In this document: positions 38,301-48,240 of the stretch, piece by piece
Layout: each line of letters opens with the position of its first letter
How positions within the stretch are numbered: position 1 is the stretch's first letter
From: Paraspadella gotoi
Taxonomy: Eukaryota > Animalia > Chaetognatha
DNA length: 64,000 nt
Assembly: GCA_051294375.1 (NCBI GenBank)
Contig: CM119267.1
Location: forward strand, 23,924,111 to 23,988,110
Direction of reading: 5' to 3'
Notes under the pieces: model-generated
What the model saw: the letters and a program-made list of their open reading frames with translations, nothing else
What the model was told of the DNA's origin: nothing
Database searches by the model: none
Position numbers and translations under genes: made by a program

Positions 38301-41300
38301 TCAATCACACACTTCCCTACCCACACACAAAATTTCAATCCAATCCATCCATCCAATCACGAGTAATTGGTGTTTTTTGCTAAGGTGGGATGGACGGACG
38401 GACGGTCATCGTTTTTTTTTTGCATAATTTATAATAATTCGATGTTCTGACATGATATAAGTGAGTGCCCGTCAATATTGAGGGGGCGGACCGACGGACC
38501 GACAAAGTGAATTATAGAGTCGGGATCTGCTGAAAGCAGATCCGACTAAAAACCCAGGTTTTTGCCAACTCAGGTTTAAAAAGGAGGAAGTGGGGAGGTA
38601 CAAGGGTTGACGTCCCTAGTTGTTTCTTTTTAGTGTCTTATTTATCATTAAATAATTTACGATAGTTACAGTTATAGTTTTCTCATTGTTCTTAGCGCGG
38701 AAAACGAAAATGATATTTTGATTGTATTTTGATGCTAATGCGGAGTACAGTAAGTATTCCCCGATCTAAGGGAGTGGTCTTTTCATACAATTACTCTGGG
38801 AGTGAATAAACGAGATTGTGACAAAGTCTAATTTGAAAGCTAGCAGGGATCTGCTATGTCATTATCTTGTAAGAGTGATGGAGGCCTTAAACCACCAAAG
38901 CCTGTCCAAAGTCAGGGGCAAGTTAGCTTATTTATTAAATGAATGGATAATTTTTATATTGGTTGTAACAATTTTATAAAATCATAAAGTTCTAATTTTT
39001 GTTTGAAAAAAGGATAAGGAGTTTTCTTGGGCTCTTCGCTTATACATTTCAATAATGAGAAAAGAGGTGGTTGAACGATAAAGACGTCCTGGTTATATAT
39101 CTATCATTATGTATCTTGACCAGAAACATTTTAAACTGCAAGCTCAACATTAATTTTTAATGAAAATAAAAATCGGTGAGAGAATCGGAAAGAAGTTGGC
39201 TTAGTTGCTCCACAAATTAAATTTCGAAAAATTCCAAAAAGAAAAATAAAAGAATCGAAGCGGATCCGGGATTCTCATAAGAACCCGTTAGTCTCCGTCG
39301 TCTTACACCTCCGCAAAAAATTTGCAGATTTTTTTATCGTCGCAATCGCTTAGCGTTTGCGACGATATTGTAACGCTTTTGCGCATAAGTGGCGTCGTCG
39401 TTGTCGGCGTTGTCGTCGTCGTCGTCGGTGTTCCAAATTATAGATCGCCTTTTTTATGATTAAATTTGGGTGTATGAAGCTGAAAATTTATATACAGCTT
39501 TTCATCATCGATGTGCTTAAAATTGAGTCTGGACAGTTATCAAATATGTTTTGTTTACGTTTTATCAAAACAAACAAATTTTCTTTCTTTTATTTTCATA
39601 TTTCTTTCTCTCTCTCTTTTTTCTTTTAATTACATGTCTCTCTCACTATCTCTTTTCCGTAGTCACTGATTCATAGAGTCTATTAGAGAAAGGGGCTTAT
39701 TCTTTTTCTCTCTTTTTTCCTGCTACTTCTGCTGCTGCCTTTTGATTTTTTTTCTCTGCAGCTGGCTCTGCAGGGGCTCTTTCTTTTTCTCTCTTTTCTC
39801 CTGCTGCTTCTGCCTTTTGATTTTTTTCCTTTTTTTCTGGGTGCCTCTGCTGCTCAAATTTGATTTTTTTAATTTTAGTATCAAAATTTGTCGTCAATCC
39901 AGATTTTTCTTACGCGATTGCGACGATCCTTATGCTTTAAGATTTTTTTATAATGAAGTAATTAAACAATAAAAAATTATAGTATAATATAGCAATAACC
40001 CAATACCTCAACTTTTTGGTTGTTATTTTATAGTTAACTCTTAACTTTTTAGGGCGGTGTTTTGGGTGGTTTTTATAAAGCCAACCCTGCTTCACACCTT
40101 CCTCAATCTATTTCTATAATCCCAATCATCCGATCTCTATAAGTAAAACTGGATTATCATCCTCCCCCACCCCCCTCTCCTCCAATTGTCCATCCATCGC
40201 AGCTCAAAAAGCACTGTGAATCCGCCACCGGAAGTGACTGTGTGATCGAAATCTTGAACATCCGGGACGCCGCAGCCCCCACTTCGCGTCGCTCCTCGAC
40301 GGCTTCCGGCGTTCTCATCGACTATCGCGTTGTGACCCCGGCCACGTCCTCCAACGCCCTTCTCGATCAGGAAACGTTCGCGACGCAGCTTCGCTTCGCC
40401 ATCGAGACGTCGTCCAACGACCTCGGGCTCGACGTAAACAGCATCATCATCGTCGGTGAGGATGTTAGGGGGGGGGTGGAGTAGGTTTCGTCCCTTTTGT
40501 CGCCTCCACTAAACTAAAGATAATTAAAAGGACGCTTTGTGGACGCAACAAGTTTTAGAGTAAGAATATGGTTCATTCAATCACGGCTCGCTAATAATGT
40601 TGAACCTCCTTTTGTTAAATTAGAATGGTAGTTTTTTTTTCGTTTCCTTGTCGTTCACGATCAGAAAGAAAATTATATTTTAGCAGCGAAAAGGGTAAAA
40701 AGTAAAATCAGGCTTGTTGGTCTTTTTATAAAAAATTCTGCCTCTCGCTTTAAAATAAACAAAATTAAAAAAAGCTTCTTAAAAATTAAATGTTTTTTGG
40801 GATATGTTAAATAAAAATTTAGGATAAAAACAAATGAAAAAAAATAATTAGCTTTAGTAAAGACATAAAAATTTTAAGCTTTCATATTTCATCAGACCCC
40901 TGACGGAATTTTCCACCCAGGGGCCAGGGCCACCTTATCAATCAAAACGACTATAACCTAAATTCGTGCTCAACCGGTGGAGATAGATATTTTTATTTCC
41001 GACATTTGATTCCAAACCGGTTTCTATCTCGGTGCTTTTCAATTCGTTGGCCTCTTTAAAAATCGTGACGATAAGATTATGAATTAAGGTTTTTGGACCT
41101 GAGGATGTGATATCATAATTTGTGTACTTTTTAAAATTTATTTAAAATTTATTAGGTTTTTTTTCATACACGGTTTGCATAAGTTTTTAAAAAAATCTGA
41201 GGCAAATAAATAATAATATTGATAGTTTTTCAACTTGCGTTGGTCTATTAATTGCTCTCTTGCGTCTCGTGATTCATAAATCTCAAACCACTAAAAACAG

Positions 41301-44300
41301 CGGGTTCTAAATAAATCCATTCGAAACAAGTCATGGATCATTCACCAATGAAGAGACAGTAATAATTGTTGTGTTAGTGACAGAACCGTTCAATATAAGC
41401 AGTCCCTGAGCTTCGGATCAGGCTGTAACACCATGTTACAGGCGGGTTAAGCGCCCCGTCCCTCTTAACTGCTAGGCGACCACCAGGCTAGAACCCCGGA
41501 CCTTTGGGTTGGGAAGCGAATGACTTGCCTCCGGCACCAATGGCCGCTGATAAACGGTTGGAGGATTTTAGTCCACCATAGACCGAACAAAAAGGGAGGA
41601 ATGGATAATTTTTTAGGGGATTAAGGTTATATTGTATGATTGTTTGTTTATATCATAAAGATACGACTACATAGTTGAATCGTATGTTCAGATAGGGATA
41701 CCTACTTGGGAAAGTTTTATAGGGGCACCTTTTCTAAGTTTTTTTTTATATATATATTTTTTTTTTTATTGTTTTTTAAGGAAAATAGAAAGGTCATCAG
41801 TTGGAGAAGGTCATAACCCTCCATAGCCTTTCCAAAGTCAGGGGCAGCATATTTATTAAACAATAATTATATTGGTTGTACCAATTTCATACTAGCCGAT
41901 TATTCTTTTTCCAGTTTTGAGAGAGAGGAATAAAATCGTTAAGAGCGAATCTGTTAATTTTACTCAGTTTTATTTTCTTTCTTGTGGTTTTGTCAAGACG
42001 GGACGCGGAAGATGCTCCCTGTCGTACGAAATCTTTATGGTCTAAAAAATTGTCCATGTCATCAGCATTGTCGATGTTTTTACCTATAATCAATATAAAT
42101 TATAATCATTATCTTCCCATATTAAGAGTATAAAAGCTAACATATTTTTAAATGCTATATTTTTATCTGATTCCTTCAAGGACCAAGGAAAGGAATTTAT
42201 CAACTCGGCAATCCGAATAGGTTACTTATTTTTAAATGTTCATTTCTTGAGTCCTAGTTAATATTAATGTATTAAAATTAATTTAACGATATTCTCTTAA
42301 ATTTCTCTTTTTTTTTCCGCTGTAAGGCAAATTTAAAACTTGATTTCAGAAATCAAGTTTTTTTTTTTTTTTTGTTTTTTTTTTTTGCAAAATTCTGCTT
42401 TTTTTTTCATTTTTTTTACAGAAGCGAGACAATTAAAACGAGATCCGCATACCGAACAATTAGCCGAGTGGTTGATTCTTCTTTTTTTATGTTTCTTTTT
42501 TAATGTCTTACTCTTCTTTCCTTTTTCCCCCCCTCTTCCCTCCTTTTTCCTTTTTTTCCTTTTATTTCTCTCTCTTCTTTCTTTCTCTCTTTCTTTCTTT
42601 CTATTTTCATTCTGTTTTCTTTCTTTTTCTCTCTTTTTTATTTTGCTTCTCTGGCTCCTTTCTCTCTAATGTCTATGTCTATAGCTATGTTTCGATAAAA
42701 GATTTTTATTTTCTTTAGTTACCTTGATATCTCCGTCAAGAAGAATTGTGCTATTCTTTAATACGTAATTGTGCTGACAAGAGAACAAGCTTACAAAATG
42801 ACCATTTCTGTGCTATTGTAAAAAGATATTCAGAAAAAACAATCATTCGAATTTTTAAATGTCATTAATTGATTGTGGTCTCCTCTCCTCGCTTCCATCG
42901 CCACCAATTTTTCGAAAAGAAAACAAGTCTGAAATAAAAACTTGTTTGGAAACAGAAAGAACATTTAATGAGAGATTTAGTCTATTATTACAAGATAAAA
43001 TATAACATTTGATAATGGAGTTTATAATTAAACTAAGCAATCCAGTTGATTTCTTTTGTTTTTCCCTTAAGAGGAAAGGTCATTCAGCATAACAATACGT
43101 AATCATTGATGTGTTAGAGCTAATATATCGAGAAATACATTATAGTCATCAGTAATCACAAAGAAATAAGTTCTTATTTATTTGTGTTCATTCTGTTTTC
43201 AATAATTTTTTTTAAATGGGTAAATAACAAAATTGTTAAGTTAAATGGGTAAGCACATTTTTTAAAGATTTGTTTTTCAATCTGGTTGTTCAAAAATTCT
43301 AGGTAAGAAGTTAAAACACGGTATGGGATAAGTTAAAAGGGGAGAATTAAACAATTAATCTCGTTACTCTGTTGGTTTTCCAGTCATGAACAAAATCTTT
43401 AGTTAAATAGATGGTAAAGAAATTCGAGCTACAATGAATCCACACTGAATTTGAAGAGTTGCAGCCTAAACGACTGCAATAATATTGAATTAAAAATTTG
43501 ATTAGCAATCTTAAAAACATTTGTAAAAATGTAATAGAGAGACATTTTGATAAACGCGTTCCAGTTAGAAAGAATTCAGGGTTAAAGTTTAAAAACGTTT
43601 CATTTTCAAGGATACAAGTTGAAATTTAAAAATGTCTCTCTATTACATTTTTCTAATTCAGTAATAAAGAATTCATAAAAAATATCAGATGGATTGGCCT
43701 TTTGGTTTGACCTGCAACTCTTCAGATAGGTTTCTTTTATTTTATATTATAATTAAAACCGATATAAAATGGGGTAGAATGCATCAAATGCTTAAAGTGA
43801 ATACATTTTCGGAATCGCCAGGAGCTCAGCTTTCTGAATTTGTACTCCATTTTAGCCTATTTTGAAGTTGAATTGAATGACCCTTTTTCTTAAGCTTTAA
43901 CGAAACGTCACATTTAACCGTTTCAAAAATATAAATATGAGGAAAAGTTTAAAAATAATGACACAATTATCGAAAAATAAAGAAATTTTGAAGCAATTTG
44001 TGACATATTACCGGTTGGTAATTTTAAGAATAAAACAACGTAGTTAATTTTTCCCACACACTGAGAAACAAATCATAAATTTTACGAGGAATTAATAGTT
44101 TGAGTTGTAAAACCGACGTCGATGGCGATAATTTCCGTATTACAAACTCCTTCCTTTGACGAGACAATGTTTAATGACGATTGAAGTAAATTAATGTCCG
44201 CCAAGCAGCATCGTAGATCGAAGAAAAATCCCGACCCAGATATTTCGCGAACTTACCCTATAACTCTCTTTTACCCCCCATCTCTTTCTCTCCAGATCCC

Positions 44301-44675
44301 GACGAATGTGCCAGCCCCGCCAACCACGACTGCCACGCTCACGCCACCTGCGTCAACGAGAAACTCAGCTTCTCCTGCGTCTGCAACGCTGGATACAAGG
44401 ACGGCAGCGATCCGCGCGGAGCCGGACGGAGCTGCGTCGTCGACAACGGAGAATTGACGATCGAGGAGAAGCTGGCCAAAGTCAACGAAACGCTTTTTTC
44501 AGTCCGCGACCAAGTCGATTCCAATGACATCCGGGTCGGCGACCACATCGACTCGTCCACCATCATGATCGTCGTCCTCTTCGTCGTCGTCTTTTGCCTC
44601 GTTATCGCCGTCGTCGGTCAAATGTATTGGATAAGAAAAAAGAGTAACGAAGATCAGTATTTTAACTACGCTTAG
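20266..44675 (+). CDS. Gene C: 13-exon type I membrane protein, SP - giant collagen - ZP - Sushi - EGF-Ca - SEA - EGF-Ca - TM (~4,270 aa as assembled)
   Basis: Exons 20266-20329, 20675-31251, 31364-31593, 32775-32897, 33355-33499, 34139-34237, 34381-34569, 35517-35656, 35763-35909, 36093-36339, 37295-37527, 40203-40455, 44296-44675. All are GT-AG with matching phases, and the 11 post-collagen exons give one open 728-aa frame. Confidence 0.85.
20675..31251 (+). CDS. Gene C exon 2: ~10.6 kb Gly-X-Y collagen exon; frameshifts at ~20790-22360, ~23180-23600, ~26260-26390 and 28818-28900
   Basis: Acceptor ttttccag at 20674. Continuous GDK/GDQ/GNK/GSK/GEK triplets (ORFs 22385, 23536, 27654). Ends GATGQAG with donor gtagaa at 31252. 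Confidence 0.9.
31364..33499 (+). CDS. Gene C exons 3-5: ZP-N-like subdomain
   Basis: ..FTKCRVDSDVVEMCVFVLDK..GGCTV.. / ..ELIRFCVDAQACALQ / ..TNYTTFSATLKV..RPVGCRF. The Cys/beta-strand spacing and terminal C-x-aromatic fit ZP-N, and it lies directly before a recognisable ZP-C. Confidence 0.65.
32017..32700 (+). mobile_element. TRIM (miniature non-autonomous LTR retrotransposon) with a tRNA-like A/B-box segment in its LTRs
   Basis: Direct repeats 32017-32294 and 32416-32700, each TG...CA. The 121 bp internal region begins c-TGGTGAGCC (PBS-like) and ends ggagggca (weak PPT-like). GTAC target-site duplication at 32013-32016 and 32701-32704. Confidence 0.85.
34139..35909 (+). CDS. Gene C exons 6-9: ZP-C subdomain and basic cleavage site
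   Basis: LTAWVKLY..KVTLGQSLILEVDV..FQLI..NCVPD..RMIWDVFAFQGS..LKLTATIVVCLDNKSPCRDTCSAARRRS carries the ZP-C hallmarks LY, V.LG..L..EV, LI, F.F and VC..C..C..RRR. Confidence 0.8.
36093..36339 (+). CDS. Gene C exon 10: EHP-like strand and Sushi/CCP domain
   Basis: ATVPLYVV, then C..IKDG..C..C.HECPKGFLLSG..QTC..W..PTC; strong donor gtaagt. Confidence 0.9.
36742..36948 (-). mobile_element. tRNA-derived SINE-like element, copy 1
   Basis: ~205 bp, alignable end to end with 41373-41581; the minus strand has an A-box-like tggcgcaggagg and a degenerate B-box. Confidence 0.7.
37295..37527 (+). CDS. Gene C exon 11: EGF-Ca domain and N-half of SEA
   Basis: IDECQQENACTGNKDCTDTHGSHICTCP..C, then YDSAMADKTSPEFLNAKSVIEPE (SEA motif Y...L.D..S.EF). 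Confidence 0.9.
37540..38575. mobile_element. MITE-like element interrupted by HINE family 1
   Basis: Ends cagagttgg / ccaactcag with internal aaaaccc/gggtttt arrays; the gggtttttttt-aaaaccc palindrome is split by the HINE. A related end lies at 40050-40090. Confidence 0.5.
37854..38551 (-). mobile_element. Helentron-associated (HINE/DINE-1-like) family 1; other copies 46761-49588 (-), 54110-54897 (+), 55669-56336 (-), 56487-57264 (-)
   Basis: Subterminal inverted repeats gtcggatctgc/gcagatccgac, 5' partial inverted repeat, (GTCC)n microsatellite, internal ~185 bp tandem subrepeats, 3' stem-loop tgtttgctcaaac and T-rich ends. Confidence 0.8.
39329..39949 (+). mobile_element. HINE-like family 2; other copies 54895-55425 and the split copy 46893-46985 + 48240-48383
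   Basis: 5' atcgtcgcaa..ttgcgacgat hairpin, 3' ttgcgacgat plus cttatgctttaag stem-loop, and shared core tttatgattaaatttgggtgtatgaagct. Confidence 0.75.
40203..40455 (+). CDS. Gene C exon 12: C-half of SEA domain
   Basis: LKKHCE..CVIEILNIR..SGVLIDYRV..QLRFAIE..LGLDVNSIIIV; phase 0 in and phase 1 out, matching its neighbours. Confidence 0.8.
41366..41581 (-). mobile_element. tRNA-derived SINE-like element, copy 2
   Basis: Minus strand ggccattggtgccggagg..ttcccaa..ggggttctagcc resembles a tRNA head and ends in an (ACA)-type tail. Confidence 0.7.
43451..43724. mobile_element. Palindromic MITE-like element
   Basis: Nested inverted repeats tgaagagttgcag/ctgcaactcttca and tgtaatagagagacatttt/aaaatgtctctctattaca. 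Confidence 0.6.
44296..44675 (+). CDS. Gene C exon 13: EGF-Ca, heptad stalk, TM helix and 13-aa tail
   Basis: DPDECASPANHDCHAHATCVNEKLSFSCVCNAGYKDG..GRSC; TM IMIVVLFVVVFCLVIAVVGQMYWI; tail RKKSNEDQYFNYA*; AATAAA at 44872. Confidence 0.92.
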
Positions 44676-46986
44676 TATTAAGGAATGACGTTTATATGAC
44701 GGTGTCCCTTAATGCTTGTCCACCTATTTGAAATTCGTGATGTTTTTATCGATCTAGAATGGATCCAGAATTTTTTTTTTTCTACTCTACTCTTACGAAG
44801 CAGTTTTGTAAAAAAAGATCTCATTTTACTACATTGGCATACACTAAAATGCAATAATGCAGTGTGTTCGTAATAAATAAGTAGGTGAATTTCACCTTCA
44901 TCAGCAGTTAAACGATTTCTTCTCTCGAATGGCAAAAATATCAAGGCCAACAATCCAGAGATTATCTTGGGGAAGCTCAAGATATTCTTTCGATTGGGCA
45001 CCATCGCAGAGAATGGATTATCAATTTGCTTGGCTCTCTTTTCTTCTGATTGACCGATCAGAGAGGAGGCTTTGACAATAAATGAACCAGTGAATGACCA
45101 TTCAATGTTGAAATTGAATGAGGATGTAACTATTTGTCCTGTATATATTATCACTGAATCCAAACAAAATATTCCTCATTTTTCATTTTATCTGTGATCA
45201 TTCATATAACATTGCTTTCGTCCGACAATGAGAAAAGTTTCTTGAAATGTTTCTCTCAATATTTATTCTAATTTATATTTAAATTTTTTGTTTTCGTTGA
45301 AAGTATGCTGGCGTGCTGCCATTTACCGTGTATTTATAAGCATTACGCCTCCTTTTCAAATTTTGTTAGAGGACAATCATTCAATTTTAATTTATTGAGT
45401 ATGAAAGGTTATACGATATACTAAACTGTTTAGTGCCATAATCTCCTGCCCTATATAAAAGAGAGAGCGAGACAGACTTAGTTCCTTCATAAAATTCGTA
45501 CCTCGTTTAATCTTTTATAACTCTTGATCTTGGTTTCTTCTTGGACAATATATTCGTCTCGCAAATGATCGAAGTAGGAAGTTACATACTAATTTCCAGA
45601 ACAACTTAACTTGTGTCTTCCCCGAATTCATAAAAAAAAACAACAGGTTTTATCTGTGATATTATTTCAATCGAGTTGAGTTGTATTGAACAATTCTAAT
45701 TGTAAAAAGAAGTCATTTTTAAAAAAAATAAACGATTAGTTCTTAATCCAATGCCATATCATTTCGTTTCGACCCTGTTACCGTTACCAATTCAATAATC
45801 AGTTGATGTTAACCAAGCGGATTTAGTAATTTTAGTGGTAATTCGGGGTGAGACAAAATAATATCAACCCTTTTGGATCGAAGAGGAAATAACTACGAAT
45901 GATTAAAGCCCAAATCTCTGAACTCGCTATGTCGAACCAGTAGACTATTAAGTTTGATCAATTCTCATTTAATATCAGCCTAATGCCGCTGCACAACTCG
46001 AGGATTTAAAGACCGTTGTCTGTCATTCGTACCAGGAAGATTATGAACTCTTTGGGGTAACCGGAACCTCGCCGTCTTATCAACTTATTGATTCCCATCA
46101 GAGGAGTTTGACGCTTTTGACCTCCCCCAACAAAGATTGTCTCTTTCATATTCGAAAGACAAGTATCGCTAAATCTTTGACTATATCGTCACTCAATCCT
46201 GTCAAGCTGAAAAACGATCTAGAAAATAACCTGTTCGCCATGTAGAGACGAACAGTTTTTTTTTTTTTTTTGGTTTGTTATGTTAACAAAATTTTATCGA
46301 ACTCGTACCTCATTTTCTATCATTTGGAAACTGGAAATTCGAAAAGGAGATTTGCAAGTTTGAAAAAGGATGGGAAGAAAAAGGGCAAGTTCGTTGAAAA
46401 GAGCAGCATGCTGGGCATCATGATGGGCAGAGTGATTCTGATGGACCGACTACAGGAAAGAGAGCGATTAATTCTTTTCAAAAAAAAGTTATCAAACGTA
46501 CGCCTCATTTTCGATTTTGGATAAGAAACATTGCTAAATTGTAGTTGAAAAGAGCAGCTTTTATGATGGACCTTCCGCCGGATTGACGGATCTATAAATT
46601 TATTAAATTTGTTCTCGCGGGCGCCTCTCAATCAGATTTTCCCGAGAACTTGTAATTTATTATTCGACGGAGACTGATTTATTTCTCGTATGAACGAAAG
46701 TAAGTAACTAAAATAAGTAAGTACAGTAAGTAACTAAAATCTTGACCAGGACACAACGAAAACAAGTTTGAGCAAACAATGTCGGATCTGCCTACGTATA
46801 ATTAATTAATTAATTGATTAATTAATTAATTAATTAGATTAATTAATTTAATAGATTAATTAATTAATTAATTAATAGATTAATTATAATTATATTCAGC
46901 TTGTCATCATCGATGTCCTTAAAATTGAGTCAGGACAGTTATTAAATGTTTTGTTTACATTTTATCAAAACAAACAAATATCCTCT

Positions 46987-47293
46987 ATTATCGAGCCAGG
47001 CGGGCAAAGCCCGTCCTGTCTAGATTTTTTTTTCGGTTTAGCTTTCGGTTCCGCTTTTTTGCAATCATGGCTTCTGAAAGTGTGATATCATAGGGATTGA
47101 ATTTTCATATATGGTCTTCTAATCATCAAGATCTTTAAAATTCTCATGTTTCATATCAATATTGGTATTTGTTTATGTTTTATTTACAAAACAAAAACGT
47201 TTTAATTATATGTCGCTCTCTCTCTCTCTCTCTTTTTCTCCGTCACTGCTTCTCTCTAAAAACGAGTTCCGGCTCTGCAGCGTCTGTCCAGCT

Positions 47294-47338
<45 letters not shown>

Positions 47339-47815
47339 TTTTACAAAAAATTTTTTAGATATAATGTGGGTTCACAATGTAAAAAACGATGCCCGACAGC
47401 GGCGCGAACCCGGGTCCTTTGGGTAAAGAAATAGCTCACGCTACGTGCGGCGCCATAAGTACTGCTGATTCTTTAATGAGTAAAGGGGCTGTAGAGCTTC
47501 TCTCTCTCTCCTCTTTTAATTATTATATATCGCTCTTTCTCTTTTTCTCTGCAGCGGCTGTCTCTCTCTCTCTCTCTCTTCTTCTTTCTCTCTCTCTCTG
47601 TCTCTTGTCTCTCTGTGTGTGTCTGTCCCTATCTGTCCGATCTTTTGCGTGATCGTTTGTTTTTTGAAAATTCTGATTATTTTTTCCTTCTAAAAACTTT
47701 TTATTATGCCATTTATTCCGCGCTTTTTTTCAATACAAAATCCCATATTTTCATCCGAGATTTTCGTGGATTTATTCTCTTTCTTTCTTTCTCTCTCTCT
47801 CTCTCTCTCTCCTCT

Positions 47816-47846
<31 letters not shown>

Positions 47847-48240
47847 TTTCTTTCTCTCCTCTCTTTTCTCTCTCTCTCTCTTCTCTCTCTTTCACTCATA
47901 CACGCATTTTTTTTTTAATTGACTATCATCGCATCAATGAATGACAATCATCGCATCAATGAATGACAATCATCGCATCACTGAATGACTATCATCACAG
48001 CAGTGAATGGACTATCATCGCATCAATAATTGATTATCATCGAAATCAATAATCAATTCCTATTACATCAATAATAAATTACTATTACATCAATCAATTA
48101 GTATTACCTCAATCAATTACTAGTACATCAACAATTCGTTATCCGCGATGATTCATTCGTTGTTTTTCCCGGTTTTTTTCATTAATTTTTCTATGATAGT
48201 GGGCTCTGGCTCGATCTTGAGTCTTTTTAAGATTTTTTTA
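46987..48240 (+). mobile_element. HINE-like family 3, nested in family 2; contains a tRNA-like remnant (~47390-47456, -) and a 22 bp tandem repeat (47920-48130)
   Basis: subTIRs atcgagccag (46990) / ctggctcgat (48206), 5' hairpin cgggc-aaa-gcccg, and 3' stem-loop cttgagtctttttaag followed by a T-run. Confidence 0.65.

Noticed and set aside
44637-44675. Syndecan-like PDZ motif in the tail (FNYA vs EFYA)
   Set aside because: Position -2 is Asn rather than hydrophobic, so it does not fit class II PDZ; the tyrosines may still matter but nothing supports a call.
44678-45163. 161-aa minus-strand ORF after gene C
   Set aside because: Antisense to the gene C 3'UTR, non-ATG start and no recognisable motif.
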